The notes under the pieces were generated by a model. That model had not been told where the DNA came from and did no database searches. It saw only the letters and a list, made by a program, of their open reading frames with translations. The position numbers were made by a program, and so were the translations under genes. Positions 10,400 through 18,798 of a stretch of DNA of 32,000 bases are shown here, one piece after another; position 1 is the first letter of the stretch, and each line of letters starts with the position of its first letter. The DNA is taken from assembly GCF_000981785.2 (NCBI RefSeq), contig NZ_CP011304.1, forward strand, positions 60,001 through 92,000. The letters are read 5' to 3'. The stretch is from Microcystis aeruginosa NIES-2549 (GTDB taxonomy: Bacteria; Cyanobacteriota; Cyanobacteriia; Cyanobacteriales; Microcystaceae).

Positions 10400-10726
10400 A
10401 TGAGTTCTTCCATCAAAGTTATTCAACCATCGGGTATTTTAGATGGCAACCAAGCCAGCCAATTTCGCCAAGAAATTGCCGAAGCCGTGCGGGGAGGTTC
10501 AGAGGTTATTATCGTTGATTTCAAGGATGTCACCTTTATGGATAGTTCTGGTTTAGGGGCGCTAGTTTTATCCTTAAAAACCGTGCGTTCTGCGGGGGGT
10601 AAACTATTGATCTGCTCGATTAATGATCAGATAAAAATGTTATTTGAATTGACCGATATGGATCGAGTTTTTGAAATTTTTAATAACCGAGAAGAATTAG
10701 AACAAATAATCTCGGAAATTAATTAA
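10400..10726 (+). CDS. STAS-domain anti-sigma-factor antagonist (SpoIIAA/RsbV-like)
   Basis: 108-aa ORF with the typical STAS sequence, including the phosphorylatable-Ser region FMDSSGLGALV. Confidence 0.9.
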   Translation: MSSSIKVIQPSGILDGNQASQFRQEIAEAVRGGSEVIIVDFKDVTFMDSSGLGALVLSLKTVRSAGGKLLICSINDQIKMLFELTDMDRVFEIFNNREELEQIISEIN

Positions 10727-11859
10727 TAAAAATCCACCTGCATGATCGAAAGATCATCCTTAAAATTACCATCGAATTGTAAAGCTTGAATTTCTTCAAT
10801 AAAATTATTGAGATTTTTGGCGGAATTACAGTGATAATTTCGCAAAGATTGAATAAATTTCTCTAGTCCCCACATCCTACCATCAGCACAATCGATCTCG
10901 TAAATTCCATCGCTAAAAAGATAAAGGCTACTGGGTAAATTCAGGCATTTAACCTGATTAATATATTCCGCTTCTGGAAACATCCCGATGGGAAAACCGG
11001 GGGCTTTCAGTCTGGTTTCCATCACCTGGCCAAAAGGTTTTTGAGTCAGGAGAACTGCCGGGGGATGACCGGCACTGGCATAGGTTAACTGTTGTTGTTT
11101 CCGATCATAAATTCCGTACCAAATAGTAAAATATTTATCATTCCTAGGACTGATTTGATACACTTGATTTAACCCCTGTAAAACCTGATTAGGTTGATAG
11201 TAATTCACCTGACTTAAACCACGAGAACGGAGTAAATTAATCACCGAAAGAGAGGGTAAAGCCGCTCGCAAACCATGGCCCGCCACATCTAAAAGATATA
11301 ACACCAAATGGTCATTATCTAACCAATAATAATCAAAGCCATCCCCCCCCAATCGACGAGAAGGAAGGAAGCGAAAATCGATAGCAAGTTTTGGAGAAAT
11401 GAAAGGCTCTGGTAACAGCGATCGCACATATTCCGCCGCTTCCGCTAACTCCATTTCTAGTAATTGTTTTTGCGCTCGCAGATCATGACTTAATTGATGC
11501 AAACGCATTCCCGCCCGCACGCGCGCTCTTAACTCATTAATCTCGATCGGTTTACATAAAAAATCATCTGCCCCCGCATCCAATCCCTTCACCCGATCCC
11601 CCACCGATCCCAAAGAAGTTAAGAGGATAAAAAAAGTCGTTGACAGTTGGGGATTGAGCTTAATTTGCCGGCAAACTTCCAACCCATCGATCCCCGGCAT
11701 CATCCAATCACAAATAATCATCGCCGGTTTTATTTGCCCCGCTTGCTTTAATCCTTCTTCCCCATCACTGGCAACAAAAACCTCGTATTCCTTCTGCAAA
11801 GCGCGGCTCAAAAACGTTTGAATTACTCCATCATCATCAATTACTAGAATTCGTACCAT
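10723..11859 (-). CDS. response-regulator receiver domain fused to PP2C/SpoIIE-type Ser phosphatase (RsbU-like)
   Basis: 378-aa ORF with a REC domain (ILVIDDD...ICDWMMPGIDG...K) followed by a PP2C/SpoIIE region (GGDGFDY..., DVAGHG, FSDGIYE). Its 3' end overlaps the STAS gene 3' end by 4 nt (convergent). Confidence 0.9.
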   Translation of the reverse strand: MVRILVIDDDGVIQTFLSRALQKEYEVFVASDGEEGLKQAGQIKPAMIICDWMMPGIDGLEVCRQIKLNPQLSTTFFILLTSLGSVGDRVKGLDAGADDFLCKPIEINELRARVRAGMRLHQLSHDLRAQKQLLEMELAEAAEYVRSLLPEPFISPKLAIDFRFLPSRRLGGDGFDYYWLDNDHLVLYLLDVAGHGLRAALPSLSVINLLRSRGLSQVNYYQPNQVLQGLNQVYQISPRNDKYFTIWYGIYDRKQQQLTYASAGHPPAVLLTQKPFGQVMETRLKAPGFPIGMFPEAEYINQVKCLNLPSSLYLFSDGIYEIDCADGRMWGLEKFIQSLRNYHCNSAKNLNNFIEEIQALQFDGNFKDDLSIMQVDFY

Positions 11860-12029
11860 CTTTTTTGTGACTCGACTATCTCAATCTTACTGCTTACACT
11901 AGAGGGGAGTGGACGACTTTGCTTGTACCTCAAGACAGGATTAAATCCAGAATCGAGCTAATACATCAGTCATAGTTTGGGAAAAATGGTATAACTTCTA
12001 GCGTAAGGCATTGCAGAGGTAAACCGGGG

Positions 12030-12473
12030 GTGAAGATTTCTTTTCAGGTAGATAGCGATCTCAGGTCCTTAGATACCGTTTTAAAGTATTTTGAGCAACT
12101 CGAACCGGCGGGCATTCCCCAAAAAGACTGGCTCCAGTGTCAGCTTGCTCTTGCCGAAGGTTTTACCAATGCTGTCCGTCACGCTCACCGACACCTCCCC
12201 CCCGAAATCCCGATCGAGATCGAGATCGATATTACCCGATCCCAGATGGAACTTCGCATCTGGGATCGGGGTTCCGTCTTCGATTTAGAGGGCTTTATCG
12301 AGAAAAACGCCCATCTTCGCCATAGTTTCTCCGGTCATGGGCAAGGACTGCCGATCCTCCAAAAAATCGCCGATCAACTCAGTTATACTCGCAGCGAAGA
12401 TCAGCGCAACTGTCTGTTAATTATTAAACAATTTTCCCGCCATGAATCCGATCGCGCCCCTCGTTTCTCCTAG
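12030..12473 (+). CDS. anti-sigma regulatory factor / HATPase_c Ser-protein kinase (RsbW/SpoIIAB-like)
   Basis: 147-aa ORF with a GTG start and GAGG about 10 nt upstream. It has an N-box (EGFTNAVRHA) and a G-box (GHGQGLPIL). Confidence 0.85.
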   Translation: MKISFQVDSDLRSLDTVLKYFEQLEPAGIPQKDWLQCQLALAEGFTNAVRHAHRHLPPEIPIEIEIDITRSQMELRIWDRGSVFDLEGFIEKNAHLRHSFSGHGQGLPILQKIADQLSYTRSEDQRNCLLIIKQFSRHESDRAPRFS

Positions 12474-13266
12474 TTGGTTAGTTAACAATCTCGATCGCCC
12501 CGATCTGATGGTTATTGACTGTCGTTTTCAATTAAACGATCCCGATCTCGGTTATCAAGAGTATTTAGCCAATCATATTGAAAATTCCTTCTATTTACAC
12601 CTAGACCGCGATTTATCGGCTCCCGTTGCCCCTCATGGCGGACGTCATCCTTTACCGAATCCGCAGACAATAGCCGCTAAATTAAGCTCTCTAGGGGTGA
12701 TTTCCGGCCAAACCCATGTCATCGCCTACGATGCCTCCCGTTTTGCCTTTGCCAGTCGTCTCTGGTGGTTATTGCGTTATCTGGGCCATGAAAAAGTCAG
12801 TATTCTCGATGGTGGTTGGCAAAATTGGTTAAATGCGGGTTATCCCGTCTCCAATCAGATACCTGTGCCGAAAACCGGCGCTTTTCTCCCCCAAGTTCAA
12901 GAGGATTGGGTAGTCACAATTGAGCAGGTAAAAAGGCACAAAGAGCAAGCGGGAGTGGTGTTAATTGATGCTAGGGAAAGCGATCGCTATCGGGGTGAAA
13001 GGGAACCGATCGATCCGATCGCCGGCCACATCGAGGGGGCGCTGAATTATCCCTGGTTGGAAGTCACCGATAGTCAGGGTTTTTCTCAACCCCAGGACCA
13101 GCAAACACAACGTTGGCAAGAGCGGCAAGGCGATCGAGAAATTATCCTCTACTGTGGTTCAGGAGTGACAGCCTGTGTTAATATCTTTTCCCTTACCCTA
13201 GTCGGATACGAGAATGTTAAGCTATATTCTGGAGGTTGGAGTGATTGGTGTTCCTACCTGATCTAA
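12442..13266 (+). CDS. tandem-rhodanese sulfurtransferase (3-mercaptopyruvate/thiosulfate sulfurtransferase type)
   Basis: 274-aa ORF with two rhodanese domains and an active-site loop CGSGVTAC (the CGSGVTA form is typical of MST/SseA-type enzymes). It overlaps the kinase gene by 32 nt. Confidence 0.85.
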   Translation: MNPIAPLVSPSWLVNNLDRPDLMVIDCRFQLNDPDLGYQEYLANHIENSFYLHLDRDLSAPVAPHGGRHPLPNPQTIAAKLSSLGVISGQTHVIAYDASRFAFASRLWWLLRYLGHEKVSILDGGWQNWLNAGYPVSNQIPVPKTGAFLPQVQEDWVVTIEQVKRHKEQAGVVLIDARESDRYRGEREPIDPIAGHIEGALNYPWLEVTDSQGFSQPQDQQTQRWQERQGDREIILYCGSGVTACVNIFSLTLVGYENVKLYSGGWSDWCSYLI

Positions 13267-13378
13267 CCGGCCCTATTGATACCCATCTATCGAGAAAGAT
13301 TATCAAAATGACCTAATTACTGTACAATCCCTCTATTATCACTTTTAATTATTCCGAAACTATTATCTAATTTGTCTC

Positions 13379-13529
13379 CTAAGTGGGTGGGTGGAATTAA
13401 ATATAAGATGAACGTAGGTTGGTCTTCGGCCGTGAGCTTTTGCCGAACGGTTGAAGCATGAAACCCAACGCCAGATTATGTTACGCTACCGCTAACCCAT
13501 CCTACAAATAATTGTGCCGCCCTACTTAG
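13379..13529. repeat. composite nested-palindrome, MITE-like intergenic element
   Basis: Outer inverted arms are ctaagtgggtgggtgg (13379-13394) and ccgccctacttag (about 13517-13529). Inside are gtaggttgg.../...gaaacccaacg and gttacgctaccgctaacccatcctac motifs related to the GTAGGGTG family, plus an inner ttcggc/gccgaa inverted pair. Confidence 0.55.
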
Positions 13530-13674
13530 ACAAAAAAGCTAATTTTTATTTTAGTTGCTATCTTTTTGCTCTCAAATCACCGCTATTCCTCAAAGAATAG
13601 TCATTTTCCCCCGTAAAATTACTAAAAAGTAATTTTATAGTTAAACTCTATAAAAAATTAGGTATGTATTTTGT

Positions 13675-14226
13675 ATGACAGAAGCCGGTCTTTGTCATTG
13701 TAATGGTGGCACCCGTCCGAAAGATCGCCTTTCGATTTTTGTGGATGGCAATAATATGTTTTATGCTCAACAAAAAAATGGTTGGTTTTTTGACCCGCGC
13801 AAGGTGTTAAATTACTTCACTAATGACCCGAATATTATGTTAATTAATGCCTTTTGGTACACGGGTTTAAAAGATTCCCAAGATCAAAGAGGTTTTCGCG
13901 ATGCTTTAATTAGTTTGGGTTATACGGTGAGAACAAAAATTTTGAAAGAATATTATGATGATAGTTCCGGTCGTTTTTCTCAGAAAGCTAATTTAGATAT
14001 CGAAATTGTCGTCGATATGTTTAATACCGTCGATCAATACGATCGAGTGATTTTATTTAGTGGTGATGGCGATTTTGAACGAGCGATCGAACTATTGCGC
14101 TCTAAAAATACTCATATTACCGTAGTTTCTACGGAAGGGATGATCGCTAGGGAATTGCGAAATGCCACCGATCGCTATATTGACCTGAATGATCTTCGCA
14201 AAGATATCGAAAAAAGTGATTATTAA
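13675..14226 (+). CDS. NYN-domain (LabA/DUF88-like) protein, predicted RNase fold
   Basis: 183-aa ORF with LabA-type NYN motifs: RLSIFVDGNNMFYA, DIEIVVDM and ILFSGDGDFERAIELL. Confidence 0.8.
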   Translation: MTEAGLCHCNGGTRPKDRLSIFVDGNNMFYAQQKNGWFFDPRKVLNYFTNDPNIMLINAFWYTGLKDSQDQRGFRDALISLGYTVRTKILKEYYDDSSGRFSQKANLDIEIVVDMFNTVDQYDRVILFSGDGDFERAIELLRSKNTHITVVSTEGMIARELRNATDRYIDLNDLRKDIEKSDY

Positions 14227-14280
14227 TCGGCCGTTTTGTCTTTAAACCGGCTATTTATCCCATTTTTCTTTATTGGTATT

Positions 14281-14319
14281 CCTCACCCCAATCCCTCTCC
14301 CAGAAGGGGATAGGTGAGG
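14281..14319. terminator. GC-rich imperfect hairpin between convergent genes (possible bidirectional terminator or small repeat)
   Basis: cctcacc-ccaatccctctcccagaaggggata-ggtgagg has a 7-bp outer stem plus inner partial pairing. It lies between the 3' ends of the NYN gene (+) and the phytase-like gene (-). There is no clear U-tract. Confidence 0.35.
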
Positions 14320-14337
14320 CAATTAACCATCTCTTGT

Positions 14338-15513
14338 TTATTTTTCCTTGAGTCGAAAGAGTAAAAACTGATTGACCTGATTCGGATTAAAATTATCATC
14401 ACTGACTAAAATCAAAGAGCGACTACCATCAGCTAATCTTGGACCGAGGGTCATTCCTTCTAAATTATCTAAATCAATCCCCAAAGTCCCTAAATCTAGT
14501 AATAATTTTTTCCGCAAGGGTTGCACCTGTAAAGCTTCTAATTCTCCCGGTATCCGAGCAATTTTCGACGTATCAGTGGCACTACCATTAACTACCTGAA
14601 ATAGTTTCGCTCCAAAACCTTCTAAACCAAAAGTTCGCTCTAAACTGAGAAAATAACCCTCTTTTTCTAAAGCTAATAATTCCGTTAAACCGTAGTATCT
14701 CGCACCACTGGGCGGCTCATCTAACACATACAATTGTTCTGATACTAACACCGGCGCACCAATCGGATCAATAACATAATGAAGAAGTCGCACTCTGAGA
14801 TTTTCTGCTCTTTTTCCCGTGGGACTATCTTGAATTAAAGCGTTTTCTGTGGCAGTAAACAAACGAAAAGGATCGTCTTTGAGAGTGCTGGTAATCCCTA
14901 AAGTTAAGGATTCAAACCCTAAATTATCCTCTATTCCCTTTTGATTGCTATCATCTGGTAAAAAGCGATTAGGAATTAACAAAGACTCCTTTAATTGTCC
15001 CTGCAAATCAAATTCAGCAATAAAAGGAGCAATTCCCTCTTTAACCGCACCTTCACTGGAAATAAATAACGTTTGTCGGGGCGAAAAAGCGATACCTTCC
15101 GGGTCGATCGATCCCTTTTTAAACGTTTCTCCCTTGCCATCTTTTAGGAACGTGACCGCCTCTAAATTCACTTTTTCGATTTTTTCATCATTTATCTGCA
15201 AACTAGCCGTATAAAAGCGGGCCGGAGCTTTCTGAGAACGATCATCACTGAGGAGATAAAAGCGGTTATTGGCACGATCATAGGTAATTGCCGATAATCC
15301 CCCCACTCTTGTCTCCTGATAATCCGCTTCTGGTAATTGATATTCTCCCAAAAACTCGACCGAGAGGGGTAGAAACATTCGTTGTTCTGCCAAAACTTGT
15401 GGGGAGACACCACAGGCAGCCAGAGTAAAGGTTACAATCAAACTAGCAATTAAACCCAAAATTGGCAAACGCAAATTTTCGGCAGTCAGTCTCTTATAGA
15501 ATCGATCAATCAC
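14338..15513 (-). CDS. secreted/lipoprotein 'esterase-like activity of phytase' family protein (beta-propeller)
   Basis: 391-aa ORF with a signal peptide and lipobox-like LAAC. GGLSAITYDRANNRFYLLSDDRS is typical of the phytase-like (PF13449) family. The annotated start is GTG; an internal TTG start near 15474 is possible. Confidence 0.75.
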   Translation of the reverse strand: MIDRFYKRLTAENLRLPILGLIASLIVTFTLAACGVSPQVLAEQRMFLPLSVEFLGEYQLPEADYQETRVGGLSAITYDRANNRFYLLSDDRSQKAPARFYTASLQINDEKIEKVNLEAVTFLKDGKGETFKKGSIDPEGIAFSPRQTLFISSEGAVKEGIAPFIAEFDLQGQLKESLLIPNRFLPDDSNQKGIEDNLGFESLTLGITSTLKDDPFRLFTATENALIQDSPTGKRAENLRVRLLHYVIDPIGAPVLVSEQLYVLDEPPSGARYYGLTELLALEKEGYFLSLERTFGLEGFGAKLFQVVNGSATDTSKIARIPGELEALQVQPLRKKLLLDLGTLGIDLDNLEGMTLGPRLADGSRSLILVSDDNFNPNQVNQFLLFRLKEK

Positions 15514-15550
15514 AAAATATCACCCTCTACTACGCTCCTATCAATCTATT

Positions 15551-16735
15551 ATGCTACGTTTTTCTCTCGGTTTATGGCTCTGTTTGATCGGTACTTCCCT
15601 TCCTCTCCTAGCACAAACAGAAACCCCTGCACCCAATCCCCTCGAAACTCCCTTAAAAAGTCCTTTATTACCCGCAATCGATCGCCCTTTAACTCCCTTG
15701 GAGCGTCGTCAACTGTTATTATACATCGATCAACGCGATGCTGAAGCTCAAGCTAAATACGATGCGGGATTAAATGAGGAAGCTTTTCCCATCTGGTATG
15801 AAGTGATTAAATTAAATCGTTATTTAGGGGCCAAAGAAGAAGTAAAATCTTTGGGAAAAGTGGGGTTAGCCGCTTGGAATCGAGATCGAACCGAGGATGT
15901 TAAATTAATTACTGCTCGTTTAAAATCTCTGCAACAAACCGCAGAAACTAACCAGACAATGGACGGGGAATTATTAGCATTACTAGGTACATCCTATCAA
16001 CAGGTACGAGCTTTTAATGAGGCGATAATCATCTATGATCAAATTCTAGCTAATGCCAGACAATCTGGAGATAACGACGCAGTAGAAGCAACTCTAAATC
16101 AACTTGGTCAAATTCATTTATCCCGTTTTGATTATCAAAAAGCCGCCCCAGTATATGAGGAATTATTAACTATTTCTAAGGGGCAGAATAATTCTTTAAC
16201 TCAAGGAATTTATTTGCAAAGACTAGCAGAAATTTATCGAGAATCTTTGCAACCAGCTAACGCAGTAAAAATTAAAGAAGAAATAGCTGAAACCCAGATC
16301 AGAAATCAGCAAATACAGTTAATTCCCGCTCTAAAAATTCAAATTGGTTTAGATTACCAAGCTTTAAAAGATGCAAATAAAGCCAGCCAAAACTTTCAAG
16401 AAGCCTATTCTCTCGCTTTTGCTTTACAACAGTACGGCACCGCAGGAGAAGCTTTAAATAAGTTGGCAGAACTTTATAAAAGTTATCAACAGGTAGATTA
16501 TGCCCTACAAATCTATCAAGAACTAATTAAAGTCCATGAATTGGGTTATAATTACTACGGTTTAATGAACACCTACGATCAAATCGGTCAAATTTATCTA
16601 GAGAGAAAAAATTATCCCCAAGCTTTACTCGCTTTCCAAAAAGGTGCGGAATTAGCCCAAGCTATCCGTTATCGTGAACAATATTTTCAAACCCAAATCA
16701 CCCAAGTTAATCAAGCAATAAATAATCCTGAATAG
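15551..16735 (+). CDS. secreted TPR-repeat protein
   Basis: 394-aa ORF with a signal peptide (LCLIGTSLPLLAQTE) and multiple 34-aa TPR-like repeats (A..Y..AL.I...). Confidence 0.75.
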   Translation: MLRFSLGLWLCLIGTSLPLLAQTETPAPNPLETPLKSPLLPAIDRPLTPLERRQLLLYIDQRDAEAQAKYDAGLNEEAFPIWYEVIKLNRYLGAKEEVKSLGKVGLAAWNRDRTEDVKLITARLKSLQQTAETNQTMDGELLALLGTSYQQVRAFNEAIIIYDQILANARQSGDNDAVEATLNQLGQIHLSRFDYQKAAPVYEELLTISKGQNNSLTQGIYLQRLAEIYRESLQPANAVKIKEEIAETQIRNQQIQLIPALKIQIGLDYQALKDANKASQNFQEAYSLAFALQQYGTAGEALNKLAELYKSYQQVDYALQIYQELIKVHELGYNYYGLMNTYDQIGQIYLERKNYPQALLAFQKGAELAQAIRYREQYFQTQITQVNQAINNPE

Positions 16736-16774
16736 TGATCTTTAAGTCTTTGAATAGTTAACTATCAGATGGAC

Positions 16775-16815
16775 GGGGAAATGGAGAAGTGGGGAAATGG
16801 GGAAGTGGGGAAATT
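16775..16815 (+). repeat. tandem 16-nt repeat ggggaaatggRgaagt (2.5 copies) followed by ccctaaaa x2
   Basis: Read directly: ggggaaatggagaagt ggggaaatggggaagt ggggaaatt. It shares the agtgggga core with the repeats at 3297 and 20509. Confidence 0.8.
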
Positions 16816-17019
16816 TCAACTCATCCCCTAAAACCCTAAAACCCCCCGCAACGCGCACGCAGTGACCACCCCAAAACTCTAACACCCAAAACCCTAAGCG
16901 GGGAACAGAGCGAACAAATTAACCAAAACTTCGGCGATATCGTAGTTAAGGGGAAAATCGAACCTAAGGACTTGAGTCCTCTAGTCGCCCTCGAAGAGCA
17001 TCCCGAAAGAAAATCAACC

Positions 17020-17409
17020 CTAGGCCAGAGTTTCCGGACAGTATCCTAAACCCTTAGTAAATTGTTGGCGAAAAGCCTCTATATCTTGCTGATCCGGGGT
17101 ACCATGGGAGACGATCGCCACTTGGTAACGACGCATGACATCAATGGGAGATTGTCCCGTTTCCAAACTCCAAAAAACCATCTGGAGACGCATTTCCGGT
17201 TGATAGGGAATCCCTAACTCATTCATGTAGGCGCGAAAATCACCGTGTTGGCAAGGAGTGAGCATTTGATTAAACTTGACCTTGACTACCCAACCGTTAA
17301 TCTGATGAATAACCGTCATGACGGAGGAGGGCAGATGAGTCATCGATCGCAGGTATTCGGTGACTCGTAGCGTTAAACTAGCATTAGCAAGAAAATAGAG
17401 ATAGTCCAT
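17020..17409 (-). CDS. hypothetical protein (family not recognised); the true start may be the internal Met at about 17343
   Basis: 129-aa ORF divergent from queA. No motif was recognised. Its composition looks coding. Confidence 0.5.
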   Translation of the reverse strand: MDYLYFLANASLTLRVTEYLRSMTHLPSSVMTVIHQINGWVVKVKFNQMLTPCQHGDFRAYMNELGIPYQPEMRLQMVFWSLETGQSPIDVMRRYQVAIVSHGTPDQQDIEAFRQQFTKGLGYCPETLA

Positions 17410-17557
17410 AGTGGCCGCTGGGCTGTTGGCTAATAGTCACAATTAGTGTTATATCTCTAGTCTGACGATAAACCGTTCCATACACCAAGGGGAGAAATCC
17501 CCGATTTAGTGAAGTTCGCCTGGGTAGGATTACCCAACTTTTGCGAAGATCTTTATT

Positions 17558-18667
17558 ATGATAATGATGATGATCCCTGACCAATTACTCTCCAGCTACG
17601 ATTATCACCTTCCTCCGGAGTTAATTGCCCAAAATCCCGCAGAACCCCGAGACAGTTCCCGTCTTTTGGTGGTAGATTCTCCCAATAGTCATAATTTGGC
17701 TATTTTTCGGGATTTACCCACCTGGTTAGAGTCGGGGGATTTGCTGGTTTTCAACGATACTCGCGTGATTCCAGCCCGTTTATTTGGACGTAAAACCACG
17801 GGCGCCCCCGTAGAAATATTACTACTAGAAGAACAGGATGACCATCGTTGGTTATCCCTAGTCAAACCGGGAAAACGCTTTAAAGTCGGTTCAGAAGTCC
17901 TTTTTTATCCGAAAACAGGGCGAACAGAAGACGAAGCAAAATTATGGTTAGCGAAAATAATCGACCGAGATATGAATACCGGTGGTCGTCTGCTGGAATT
18001 TCAACGTCATCCCGGGCGCAGTTTTTGGGATATGTTGGAGGAGTACGGTCATATTCCTTTCCCCCCCTACGTCACCGAATCGGAGGCGGAAGAAGACCGT
18101 TATCAAACAGTTTACGCTGATAAACAGGGTTCTGTGGCCGCTCCCACGGCCGGACTACATTTTACTCCCGAATTATTCCATAAGCTCGCCCAGAAGGCCA
18201 TAGATACCGCCTATATCACCCTTCATGTGGGAGTGGGAACCTTTCGTCCCGTGGAAGTAGAAAATATTGCAGAACACATAATGCACCAAGAATTTTTAGA
18301 GATTTCCGCCGAAACTGCCGAAAAAATCGCCCAAACAAAGGCCAGAGGTGGCCGGGTTATTGCCGTGGGAACCACCGTAGCCCGGGCCTTGGAAGGGGCG
18401 ATTAAAGAAAGTAAGAGCGAGAAATTAACCGCTTTTCAGGGAAAAACGAATTTATTTGTCTATCCTGGTTATCAATGGCGGATTATCGACGGCATGATCA
18501 CTAATTTTCACCTACCTAAGTCTAGTTTGATGATGTTAGTTAGTGCCTTAGTCGGACGGGAAAGACTACTGGCATTGTATCAAGCAGCTATCCAAGAGCG
18601 TTTCCGTTTCTATTCCTTCGGTGACGCTATGTTAATCCTACCCAGCGCTTGCAGCAGTAATCGGTAA
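17558..18667 (+). CDS. queA: S-adenosylmethionine:tRNA ribosyltransferase-isomerase
   Basis: 369-aa ORF with QueA signatures: [37 protein letters not shown] and GTTVARALE. Several alternative ATGs occur within the first 5 codons. Confidence 0.93.
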   Translation: MIMMMIPDQLLSSYDYHLPPELIAQNPAEPRDSSRLLVVDSPNSHNLAIFRDLPTWLESGDLLVFNDTRVIPARLFGRKTTGAPVEILLLEEQDDHRWLSLVKPGKRFKVGSEVLFYPKTGRTEDEAKLWLAKIIDRDMNTGGRLLEFQRHPGRSFWDMLEEYGHIPFPPYVTESEAEEDRYQTVYADKQGSVAAPTAGLHFTPELFHKLAQKAIDTAYITLHVGVGTFRPVEVENIAEHIMHQEFLEISAETAEKIAQTKARGGRVIAVGTTVARALEGAIKESKSEKLTAFQGKTNLFVYPGYQWRIIDGMITNFHLPKSSLMMLVSALVGRERLLALYQAAIQERFRFYSFGDAMLILPSACSSNR

Positions 18668-18798
18668 GTAGAAGGAGGAGCAGAACTGCGGAAAGGACAA
18701 CAGGGAAGGGAAAAATATGTGTAAGCTGCCCGCGCATCTAAATTGGTCTAGGTCAATTATCGAACCACCTCTACCCTGTTGTCTATCCCAACCAAGAA

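Noticed and set aside
12091-12325. Alternative-frame ORFs 12091-12288 and 12137-12325
   Set aside because: They overlap the RsbW-like kinase ORF, which has clear N-box and G-box motifs. Their translations are low-complexity (PPRNPDRDRDR).
16841-17055. Plus-strand open frame reading ...EQSEQINQNFGDIVVKGKIEPKDLSPLVALEEHPERKSTLGQSFRTVS*, which looks protein-like
   Set aside because: It has no ATG or GTG start and begins right after a stop inside a low-complexity repeat. It also overlaps the 3' end of the minus-strand 129-aa ORF. At best it is a gene remnant.
17384-17584. 66-aa minus-strand ORF overlapping the queA start and the 129-aa ORF start
   Set aside because: It overlaps two better-supported features and has a His/Arg-rich, non-conserved-looking translation.
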